DNA of 64,000 nucleotides from Candidatus Micrarchaeota archaeon (GTDB taxonomy: Archaea; Micrarchaeota; Micrarchaeia; Anstonellales; Bilamarchaeaceae): assembly GCA_043821365.1 (NCBI GenBank), contig JBDRCX010000006.1, positions 224,988-288,987 on the forward strand. Reading direction: 5' to 3'. Shown here in pieces: positions 8,532 through 16,861 of the stretch. The notes below the pieces were generated by a model, which saw nothing but the letters and a program-made list of their open reading frames with translations, was not told the DNA's origin and did no database searches. Positions within the stretch are counted from its first letter, which is position 1; each line of letters opens with the position of its first letter. Made by a program: the position numbers and the translations under genes.

Positions 8532-10583
8532 ATGGTAACTATGGGTGGAGCAAACAGACTGGGGCCTAGATTATACAGAGCAGCAGAAATAACAAACAGG
8601 CCAGAACCAATACAGAACACCTGGCTGAGGAGTTGTGCTAGGATTGTAGCTGTTGGAACAATATTGACCATGCCAATAGCAGCGATGGCAGAGTCTCCAC
8701 CAGACAATAGAACAATTGCAGCACAGATCACAACTGTAAGATCGCAATTACGCGAAGATGCTCCATTAATACTCCCAAGGAGAATAGTCGAGGCTCAGGC
8801 ACAAGAAAAAATACCTGAAATAAATACACACCTGGCAAGATTGGAGAGTATATCAGATGCAAAGAAACTTTTATACAACGAAGATATTGCAGATGCATTT
8901 ATCAAAAATCCAAAAAGAATCACAGATGCAATTGAAAGAATTGCTAAATTTATTAGTGTCTATCATGATGAAAGAGATGCTAAAAATGTTCAATTCGCTT
9001 TGGGGATATTAGGTGAAGAAACTGTTGGAAAATTATTTGTAAAATACCCAACAGCATTCACAAGCATTGCCATAAGTGCAAGAGCATATACTTGGATGGC
9101 TTATGATGCCATATCACAAGATGGGATTAGTGAGTTGTTCGAAGCACACCCATATGAATTTGTTGCAATGGCAAGAAGTGCAAGAATAGATGCATATGCT
9201 GAATTTGAACGATTAAAAAATCCAATTCTTGCTGAGATGTTTAAGAATTACCCCAAAGCATATGCTGGAGTTTACAGATATGATGAAGCAAAACGGGACG
9301 CTATTTTAAGCGAGATGGAAAAGGGAACAAAAACAATTGCACAGACAATTGTAGGATCAATATCCCTCTATGACCATGTTGCAATAGAACTTGGAAGAAC
9401 AATAGATGACCTAGAAGATGAAACAGAGAGAAAAGAACGGATAGAGAACCTCCAAATCGAAGAATTAGTTGGGTTATTATGTTCAAATCCAGAACTTTTT
9501 AATCAAGCAACTAATCGTTTATTATTCGAAAGAGCAAAGAGAGAGGCAGATAATGGGGGGGCAACCGTACTTAGGCACACATATGGACTGGGCCTGTTAC
9601 AAATGAGGAATATGGTTTTTAGAGCATTGAACAATGGGATGATAGATCAACTTATATCAGGCGAAAGAAAAGAACAAGAAATAGAATTCATAACAACAAT
9701 TATACTGGGGGAGCAAAATACCAAAACAGGCATTTATGCGGAAATTTTTGACCAGACATATTATTATTTGATGGCAAACGGAGCAAAGGAAGCGGCAGGG
9801 TATTTGCCCGAGCTGCAAATGAAGATAACTGATCAAAGAAGGAGGCTATTGTTAGAACATAGAACTACAGACCAAGAAAAAATAGTGCTTGCTTTAGGAT
9901 ACTTAGAAGGAGTTCTTAGTGGAACTGAACGTGGCGGATTCGTAGAAAAGAGTATTTTTGACATAAAACAATACAGGGATGCGCACGGTAGAGTTAATGT
10001 TGTGCAGATCTTTGATAGGGACGATACTAGAGGATATCATTGGGAAAGAAGTAAAGAAGTATTTGAAGCAAGATATGGAAAACCAAAAACATCCACAACA
10101 ACCACTGTGATTTATGAAACACGTGGAGTTAATGTTGTTCTATATATGGGAAGAACTGAAGAAGACAATGTTGAATTTGTACGCAAATGGATCACCACGC
10201 ATGAAAATGGAGTTGTAACTTTTAGAGGGCATAGTATCTCCTTGTATACAAATATGCCGGCCGATGTTTTTGGGAACAGAACAGGGAGATATTTATTTAT
10301 TCCTGGAAGTTGTGGAAGCGCTAGTAGTGTTCCGGAATATATTGGCCAGAACCCCAATACAGACATACGATCATTGAGCTATATTTCAACAGGATATGGA
10401 AATGTAACAAATGCCATGGTATTGATGTTTTTAGAGGAGCAACAACCAATTGAGATGGCAAGCGTGTTGCAAAAAAATGCACGAAGAATTGAAAGGGCAG
10501 GTGGGGATGCAGATTTAATAAGGATATGGCGGCCAGGTGAGGGGCTATTGAATTATATAGCACAAATGACAGTAGGTTCATAA
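8532..10583 (+). CDS. Uncharacterised large protein, paralog A (helical 34-residue repeats plus C-terminal His/Cys domain), signal-peptide-like N-terminus
   Basis: 683-aa ORF, alignable along its length with the next ORF. N-terminal IVAVGTILTMPIAAMA. Invariant VTFRGHS and IPGSCGS motifs. Confidence 0.6.
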   Translation: MVTMGGANRLGPRLYRAAEITNRPEPIQNTWLRSCARIVAVGTILTMPIAAMAESPPDNRTIAAQITTVRSQLREDAPLILPRRIVEAQAQEKIPEINTHLARLESISDAKKLLYNEDIADAFIKNPKRITDAIERIAKFISVYHDERDAKNVQFALGILGEETVGKLFVKYPTAFTSIAISARAYTWMAYDAISQDGISELFEAHPYEFVAMARSARIDAYAEFERLKNPILAEMFKNYPKAYAGVYRYDEAKRDAILSEMEKGTKTIAQTIVGSISLYDHVAIELGRTIDDLEDETERKERIENLQIEELVGLLCSNPELFNQATNRLLFERAKREADNGGATVLRHTYGLGLLQMRNMVFRALNNGMIDQLISGERKEQEIEFITTIILGEQNTKTGIYAEIFDQTYYYLMANGAKEAAGYLPELQMKITDQRRRLLLEHRTTDQEKIVLALGYLEGVLSGTERGGFVEKSIFDIKQYRDAHGRVNVVQIFDRDDTRGYHWERSKEVFEARYGKPKTSTTTTVIYETRGVNVVLYMGRTEEDNVEFVRKWITTHENGVVTFRGHSISLYTNMPADVFGNRTGRYLFIPGSCGSASSVPEYIGQNPNTDIRSLSYISTGYGNVTNAMVLMFLEEQQPIEMASVLQKNARRIERAGGDADLIRIWRPGEGLLNYIAQMTVGS

Positions 10584-10593
10584 ATTTTAATAG

Positions 10594-12687
10594 ATGAAAA
10601 AGAATGGTGTTAAGATGGCTGAAAGAGGAAGAGAAGTAGAACGAGATATTCATGGTCAGATCCCTACTCCAGTAATAACTTTAGCTTCAATAAGAAAACA
10701 GTTGTTGCCAGAAATACCAATGTCTGTTGCAGGTTTGATTTTGAAGTTAGAGGATCCGGCTTTGATTCAGAGAAAAATTGCAGAGGTAAACAAGGCTGCG
10801 CAAATATTTGTTACTGATGGACCGACAAAACCACCAGAATCTATTCCAATAGAAAGAATGATGGACATAACTGCAATTCGAGCAGCAACACGACAACGAG
10901 AACCAGAACATTTCAAAGCTCCAGAGGTTCTTCAACTATTGAGAAACGAGGATATTGCCGGGGCATTTATTGAAGATCCAATGAAGATAGCAGGCAGATT
11001 ACAACGGATATTCCATTTTGGGGTAGGGGAAAAAGGAAAGAAAGAGGACATCATGACATTAGTAGGGGTGTTAAGTGATTCAGTAGTTGCAAAATGTTTT
11101 GTAGAGCATCCATATGCATTTGTTTCAATAGCGTTAAACACAAGAAGAAACGCATTTATGGTGTTTGCTGAATTAGAAAACGAAAAATTAGCCGCATTAT
11201 TTGGGAAATACCACCAAAGTTTTGTGGAAATGGCACGATGTACCCAAAACGAAGACTCGTTTGCTTTACTTGCTGAGGATGAGACATTTAGAAGAATATT
11301 TGAAGCTAACCCCAGCCTATTTACTGGGGCACATAAATATGCAAGAGAGCAACCACAAGTATTTGACGAAATTATGGACTCCCTCAAGACAAGTAGAATG
11401 GGATTATCAGCTGCTATCATCAATACTATTGCAAGATATGACCATGTATCAATAGAAATAGGAAGAGCATTGGATGATCTCCATGACAACACAGAAGAAA
11501 GAAAACAATACCTCAAATCACTCACAAGAGACGAAGTTATTGGATTGTTAGCATCTAATCCAGAATTTTTCTACACTAGTTCGAACCATATGTTGTTTGA
11601 CAGATTAAAAGAAGAATTAGAAGGACATGGATTGAGCCATTTAAAAGAAACATATGGTTTAGGCGAAGAACAGCTGAGGAATTTTGTTTTTAGGGCAGTG
11701 GTATATGATAGAATTGGAGATTTTATAACTGCAGAAGGAGCAGATTTACAATTAGCAATGGCAACCATTTTAGGCACAGTGGAAAACAAAACCGGGATCT
11801 ATGCGGATACCTTTAATGAGGGGTATTTCTATCTGATGGCGAATGGAATCGAAACATTGAGTAAGTACGCACCAGAACTAACAGGAGAACTTAGTAGAAG
11901 AAGAAAAGAACTAGAAGCTTTGGGAACACGAACACTTGACCAAGAAAAGATCCTCGCAGCACTAACTTATGTTAATTTTATGTTCACTAGAGATCCACAA
12001 GGTGATGACGCACTGGAAAAGGTTGCTGATGGCGAAACATTCAACAGAACTGATTATAGGGGGCAAGATGGACGGGTAACAGTATTACAAATATTTGATA
12101 AGGAAGATACAGGAGCATACCATTGGGGGGCCACAAAAACATGGTTTCAGAAACAATTTGGTGCATCTCCAAGAAAAGGACCAAATGGAGAATTGATATT
12201 TGAGAATTCTAGTTCGCGAGTTATATTATATATGGGAAATGATGAGGATGCAAACATAGAATATACACGAGCATGGACGCAGAGATATGATAAAGGAATT
12301 GTAACTTTTAGAGGGCATAGTTTTAGTCTTAGTGGAAATATGCCAACAGATATATTTGGAAATAGAGAAGGAAAATACGTATTCATACCAGGAAGTTGTG
12401 GGAGTGCAGGTAGTGTTCCGGAATATATTTATCAGAACCCAAACACTGAAGTGAGATTCTTTAGTAATTCATCAACAGGAAGAGGGCAGGTGACAAATAC
12501 CTTAGTAAGTTTATTGTTAAGACAAACAAGACCAAGCACATTTACAAATGTTTTAGAAAGCGGAAAAACTCAGATAGCAAGGGCAGGTGGAGATATTGCA
12601 ACTATAAAAGCATTCACACAAGGGGAAGCGCTTCTTTATTATGTGATGGCTAGAACAACACCAACAGTAGAGATAACAGATGGCTAA
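10594..12687 (+). CDS. Uncharacterised large protein, paralog B
   Basis: 697-aa ORF starting 10 nt after paralog A. Same repeat, middle and C-terminal motifs (VTFRGHS, IPGSCGSAGSVPEYI). No signal peptide. Confidence 0.6.
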   Translation: MKKNGVKMAERGREVERDIHGQIPTPVITLASIRKQLLPEIPMSVAGLILKLEDPALIQRKIAEVNKAAQIFVTDGPTKPPESIPIERMMDITAIRAATRQREPEHFKAPEVLQLLRNEDIAGAFIEDPMKIAGRLQRIFHFGVGEKGKKEDIMTLVGVLSDSVVAKCFVEHPYAFVSIALNTRRNAFMVFAELENEKLAALFGKYHQSFVEMARCTQNEDSFALLAEDETFRRIFEANPSLFTGAHKYAREQPQVFDEIMDSLKTSRMGLSAAIINTIARYDHVSIEIGRALDDLHDNTEERKQYLKSLTRDEVIGLLASNPEFFYTSSNHMLFDRLKEELEGHGLSHLKETYGLGEEQLRNFVFRAVVYDRIGDFITAEGADLQLAMATILGTVENKTGIYADTFNEGYFYLMANGIETLSKYAPELTGELSRRRKELEALGTRTLDQEKILAALTYVNFMFTRDPQGDDALEKVADGETFNRTDYRGQDGRVTVLQIFDKEDTGAYHWGATKTWFQKQFGASPRKGPNGELIFENSSSRVILYMGNDEDANIEYTRAWTQRYDKGIVTFRGHSFSLSGNMPTDIFGNREGKYVFIPGSCGSAGSVPEYIYQNPNTEVRFFSNSSTGRGQVTNTLVSLLLRQTRPSTFTNVLESGKTQIARAGGDIATIKAFTQGEALLYYVMARTTPTVEITDG

Positions 12688-13083
12688 ATGAAGAAGATAT
12701 TAGTTGTTGCTGCAATAATAAAAAAAGACAACAAAATACTCATAGTGCAGAGAAAAACTAATTGTAAAAGGGAACCGAATAAATGGGAGTTCCCAGGTGG
12801 GAAAATAGAAATAGGTGAACGCCCAGAACAATGTTTGATTAGAGAGATAAAAGAAGAACTGGATTTGGATATTGTTGTTGGTGAGTTGTTTGGTGAAAGC
12901 TCAAAGAAGTATGAAGATGAAGAGATAGGGATATCATACTATTTTGCTAAATTAAAAAATAATAACAAACCAAAACTAATTGAGTGTCAGGATGTTCGGT
13001 GGGTTTTGTTAGAAGAACTGTGCACATATGATTTTGCCAGTGCAGATATGCAGATACCCAGGTTGTTAATATTAAATAAATAA
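12688..13083 (+). CDS. Nudix hydrolase (MutT-like)
   Basis: Nearly intact Nudix box GGKIEIGERPEQCLIREIKEELDL. ATG directly follows the TAA of paralog B. Confidence 0.8.
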   Translation: MKKILVVAAIIKKDNKILIVQRKTNCKREPNKWEFPGGKIEIGERPEQCLIREIKEELDLDIVVGELFGESSKKYEDEEIGISYYFAKLKNNNKPKLIECQDVRWVLLEELCTYDFASADMQIPRLLILNK

Positions 13084-13146
13084 TCATAAAATGACATTTT
13101 AAATCACTTTATAAATAGTAAGTAGTAGAATTTTATTAGTGGAGAT

Positions 13147-13893
13147 ATGAGAGGTAGAACTACCAGTAAAGTATTGGCAACATATAGCCCAACACCAACA
13201 AACCAACATCTAGTTAGAAAATTAGAGTCCCTAGTCCCATTAAGATTTCAACCGCTAGAAGAAGATATAATACGAAGGGTGGCACAACTTAGCGAAGTAC
13301 AAGGAAGAACAATTCATTTGTGGGGGGATGGAGAAAAACACCATGAATCTTATTTTGTTACGCGAGGGAAAGTTAGATTTAAGATAAACATAGACCGACA
13401 TTCCGATAGGATGGACGCGAGATATATTGATTTTACAAATCATATAACAGCATCACAAAAAGACGGTATTGTGGTTGCAACACAGATAAATAAAACAGAT
13501 AAACTAGACGACGCAAGAAAAAGAGCAGTGGAATTTGATGGTGGGGAGATTGGGGTAAGTGTGGATTTAGACGGTGTTGATGAAATGCCAGTTTTAGAAA
13601 GATGGTTGTTCCCATATAATATGGGTTTGTATGGATGGGAAATTAGAAACCTATTAGTAGAACTTCACCAAAAAACTAGAACATTAGATGTTGGTGGATT
13701 GATAGAAACAATTCCAGATTTTAGTTTGGTTTCAGTTGCTAGATATGATGTTAGTTATGAGGATATGTACAGGTTTTTGGAAATAATAAAACAACGTGCA
13801 ATTACAACAACAGGACAGGAGATAGTAGACAAAGTAATGTCCAAAACAACAGAAAATATTGCTTCATTTATACGTGCTTTTTTAACTAATTAG
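13147..13893 (+). CDS. Short arginase/agmatinase (ureohydrolase)-fold-like protein, divergent
   Basis: WGDGEKHH (cf. GGDHS), NIDRHSD (cf. DAHxD) and SVDLDGVDEMP (cf. SxDxDxxDP) occur in the canonical order, but motifs 2 and 3 are only ~53 aa apart. Upstream TATA (ctttataaatag) and SD (gtggag). Confidence 0.35.
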   Translation: MRGRTTSKVLATYSPTPTNQHLVRKLESLVPLRFQPLEEDIIRRVAQLSEVQGRTIHLWGDGEKHHESYFVTRGKVRFKINIDRHSDRMDARYIDFTNHITASQKDGIVVATQINKTDKLDDARKRAVEFDGGEIGVSVDLDGVDEMPVLERWLFPYNMGLYGWEIRNLLVELHQKTRTLDVGGLIETIPDFSLVSVARYDVSYEDMYRFLEIIKQRAITTTGQEIVDKVMSKTTENIASFIRAFLTN

Positions 13894-14414
13894 CCTTTCC
13901 AAATGTTCTCTTGTATTCTTTTTTTATGGTTTACATACCTAGCCTGCACAAAGAAAAGATCCCCAACTCTATTCATATAAACAACAATATCTAGATTTAT
14001 TGGTTCTTTTTGAGATAGTGTGATGATTTGTCGTTCTGAACGACGACAAACTGTGCGCGCAAGATGAAGCAGAGCAGCGGTTTTGTGGCCGCTTGGAAGA
14101 ATGAAGTTATGTAAAGGAGGTAGATCCAAAGATAGTTTGTCAATCTCTCCTTCTATTTCAGATATTCGTAGAGACAATAGTTTTTTTGATTTTGCACCCG
14201 CGAGCTCTGCTCCTATTGAGAATAAGTCCTTTTGAATTTTTTCTAAAGAACCGCGTATTGGTTGTGGTGGTTCTGTAGATATCACAACCCCAATAAGTGC
14301 ATTTAATTCATCAACACTCCCATAGGCTTCAACTCGGGGGTGGTTTTTTGGAACTGTTGTTTTTGTAAAAAGAGTTGTGTTGCCCTTATCACCAAATTTT
14401 GTATAAATGCGCAT
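13890..14414 (-). CDS. ATP:cob(I)alamin adenosyltransferase, PduO type
   Basis: MRIYTKFGDKGNTTLF...RVEAYGSVDELNALIG is the family N-terminal signature. Start moved to ATG 14414. Confidence 0.75.
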   Translation of the reverse strand: MRIYTKFGDKGNTTLFTKTTVPKNHPRVEAYGSVDELNALIGVVISTEPPQPIRGSLEKIQKDLFSIGAELAGAKSKKLLSLRISEIEGEIDKLSLDLPPLHNFILPSGHKTAALLHLARTVCRRSERQIITLSQKEPINLDIVVYMNRVGDLFFVQARYVNHKKRIQENIWKG

Positions 14415-14494
14415 GTAAGGATTAGGATTGTCAGATTTAAAACTCCTTTGAGTATTAGGCAAAAAAATAAATACCCAGTGTGGTTAGTAAGTCC

Positions 14495-15118
14495 ATGACG
14501 CTGGCAGAAGATTTTAAACTTCTTGAAAAATATGGGTTTAGATTGTTACCATATCATCTTGCAATAAATGAAGAGGATGCGGTTAATGCTGGAAAAAGAA
14601 TAGGATACCCAGTTGCAATGAAAATTGTGTCACCAGAAATAGAACACAAAACAGATGTTGGTGGGGTTAGAATAAAAATAAAAAACCAAGAAATGTTGAA
14701 AAACGCATATAGAGAGATATTAGAGAATGCTAATGGAAAAAGAGTCGATGGGGTTATGGTCCAGAAAATGGCCAGAGTGGGTGTGGAACTCATAATTGGA
14801 GGTAAAAAAGACCCGCAATTTGGACATATGGTTGTTCTTGGATTGGGTGGGATTTACGTTGAGATATTTAGAGATATAAGTGCTAGGATTTGTCCGTTGG
14901 TTGGATCTGATGTTGATGAAATGATAGCAGAACTTAAAGTACACCCATTGTTAGAGGGGGCGCGTGGAAAAAAACCAATAAACAAAAAGGTATTAGAGCA
15001 ACTTGTTTTGAGAGTATGTAAATTTATGAATGAAGAAGACATTAAAGAGATGGATTTGAACCCAGTGGTTTTTGATGACCGGGGTTGTGATATTGTAGAT
15101 GCAAGGTTTAGTAGGTAA
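14495..15118 (+). CDS. acdB: Acetate--CoA ligase (ADP-forming), beta subunit (ATP-grasp)
   Basis: ATP-grasp pattern (YPVAMKIVSPEIEHKTDVGGV..., LGLGGIYVEIFRD, EMDLNPV). Immediately followed by the alpha subunit. Confidence 0.8.
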   Translation: MTLAEDFKLLEKYGFRLLPYHLAINEEDAVNAGKRIGYPVAMKIVSPEIEHKTDVGGVRIKIKNQEMLKNAYREILENANGKRVDGVMVQKMARVGVELIIGGKKDPQFGHMVVLGLGGIYVEIFRDISARICPLVGSDVDEMIAELKVHPLLEGARGKKPINKKVLEQLVLRVCKFMNEEDIKEMDLNPVVFDDRGCDIVDARFSR

Positions 15119-15122
15119 TTTT

Positions 15123-16520
15123 ATGGATAAGAAAACACAAAATCTTAAATTTATTTTTGCACCGAAGTCAGTGGCTGTTGTCGGAGCATCAGTTGTATCC
15201 AACAAAATAGGAAATGTTCTTCTACGAAACTTATTGGACGCAAAATATCCTGGAAAAATATATCCAATTAACCCAAAATATAAAACTGTTTTGGGTCTTC
15301 AATGTTATCAGAAGATAACCGACGCCCCGGGGAAGATTGATTGTGTAATCATTGCAACTCCGGCAGAAACCGTGCCAGGGATTATGATTGATTGTGTGAA
15401 AAAGAAAGTTGGAGGAGTGATAGTCTTAAGTGGTGGATTTGAAGAGGTACATAGAGACGACCTTGCCCAGAAAATAAAGGATCTTGCAAATAATGCAAAT
15501 ATACCATTAATAGGACCTAATTGTCTTGGTGTTTTCAATCCATATACTAAAATTGACAGTATATTTTTACCTCAGTATAAACTAGAAAGACCCAAAGCAG
15601 GCGGAATAGCATTTATAACCCAGAGTGGCGCGGTTGGATCCACTGTGATGGATTTGGCTGCTTTCTATGGGATGGGGTTATCAAAATTCATTTCATATGG
15701 AAACTCGACGGTTATGGATGAGAGTGATTATCTAGAATATCTAATGTATGATAAAGAAACAAAAATAATTATTTTGTATTTGGAAGGTGCAAAAGATGGT
15801 AGGAAACTCCTCCAAACAATGAAAAAAGTAAATAAAATAAAACCAATTATCGCACTGAAGGCAGGTAAAGGAACAGGAGGCCAAGCAGCCGCACGTTCAC
15901 ACACAGGAAATATTGCAGGTAGTTATCTTGCATATAATGCAGCATTTAAACAAGCAAAAGTAACAGAAGCTGACGGAATAATAGAGGTTTTTGATTTTGT
16001 TAAAATCTTCAACCAAACAAAACCAAAAGGAAATAGGGTTGCAGTTATAACAAATGGCGGGGGAATTGGAGTACTTACTACTGATTATATAGAACAAGAA
16101 GGCCTTTCTTTAGCAATATTCAATGAAGAAACAAAAAAAACATTGGCGAAAATTTTACCGTCCTATGGAACAGTGGCAAATCCATTAGATCTTGTTGCTG
16201 ATGCAGGCGTTGAAGCTTATGAGAAAGCAATAGATGTTATGATGAATGATCAGAATGTGGACGCGTTGATTATCATTGTCCTTACACAAACGCCACCAAT
16301 AGATGAAAGGATAATACATACACTTGCAAAGGCAACTGATGATAAGAGGAAACCGATTGTAACTATTTCTATAGGTGGAACCTATACTGAGATTTATAGA
16401 AAAATATTAGAGAGTAAGGGTGTTCCTAGTTATAATTCCCCAAGAGCTGCTGTGGAAGCGTTGAAAAAGTTCATAATTTATTCTAGTTATTGTGAATGTT
16501 TGAAGAAAAAGAAAAGGTAG
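15123..16520 (+). CDS. acdA: Acetate--CoA ligase (ADP-forming), alpha subunit (CoA-binding/ligase-CoA domains)
   Basis: PKSVAVVGAS CoA-binding start, IGPNCLG, ITQSGA, and the catalytic-His segment ARSHTGNIAG. Start at ATG 15123, just after the beta stop. Confidence 0.8.
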   Translation: MDKKTQNLKFIFAPKSVAVVGASVVSNKIGNVLLRNLLDAKYPGKIYPINPKYKTVLGLQCYQKITDAPGKIDCVIIATPAETVPGIMIDCVKKKVGGVIVLSGGFEEVHRDDLAQKIKDLANNANIPLIGPNCLGVFNPYTKIDSIFLPQYKLERPKAGGIAFITQSGAVGSTVMDLAAFYGMGLSKFISYGNSTVMDESDYLEYLMYDKETKIIILYLEGAKDGRKLLQTMKKVNKIKPIIALKAGKGTGGQAAARSHTGNIAGSYLAYNAAFKQAKVTEADGIIEVFDFVKIFNQTKPKGNRVAVITNGGGIGVLTTDYIEQEGLSLAIFNEETKKTLAKILPSYGTVANPLDLVADAGVEAYEKAIDVMMNDQNVDALIIIVLTQTPPIDERIIHTLAKATDDKRKPIVTISIGGTYTEIYRKILESKGVPSYNSPRAAVEALKKFIIYSSYCECLKKKKR

Positions 16521-16568
16521 GGGGGTTATAGTTCCACTAATATATTTATGTATAAATAAATAAAAATA

Positions 16569-16590
16569 TTATGTAACTATAGTTACATAA
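16569..16590. promoter_or_regulatory. Perfect 22-bp palindrome between a TATA-like box and the SD of the Cas2-like ORF
   Basis: ttatgtaacta|tagttacataa, every position self-complementary. TATA-like tataaata at 16551-16558. SD agaggt at 16593-16598. ATG at 16606. Confidence 0.6.
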
Positions 16591-16605
16591 CAAGAGGTTA
16601 AAAAA

Positions 16606-16845
16606 ATGCAAGTTGTTTATATTTATGATTTAAAAGCAAAAAACAAAAAAAAATTCAACCGCCTTAAAAGAGTCTTTTATTACCATTTAAACAAACTACC
16701 ACTAAAAAAAGAACATTGGAAAACAAAATCAACACTTTCAGTTAAAACAACACAAGAAAAACAACTTGATTTGTTCTTTAGACGTTTTCGAAAAGAAGTT
16801 ATTGTATATAAGCTATACACAGACTTTATAGAAAGATTAGATTAG
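16606..16845 (+). CDS. Small basic protein with Cas2-like (ferredoxin-fold) sequence pattern, stand-alone
   Basis: MQVVYIYDL (beta1 with Asp8), a basic helix, STLSV strand and EVIVYKL strand mirror archaeal Cas2 (M.vvvvYD....K..k.l......Q.SVFe......viiYkL). No cas1 or array in the window. Confidence 0.3.
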   Translation: MQVVYIYDLKAKNKKKFNRLKRVFYYHLNKLPLKKEHWKTKSTLSVKTTQEKQLDLFFRRFRKEVIVYKLYTDFIERLD

Positions 16846-16861
16846 TGGAAGTATGGGGTCT

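Noticed and set aside
10932-11525. 197-aa ORF antisense to paralog B. Similar shorter antisense ORFs lie at 9301-9486, 10112-10366, 10321-10653, 11571-11789 and 12147-12386.
   Set aside because: It lies entirely inside a longer sense ORF with clear paralog support. Its composition is the Ser/Leu/Asn/Ile-rich pattern typical of shadow frames. It has no SD or TATA context.
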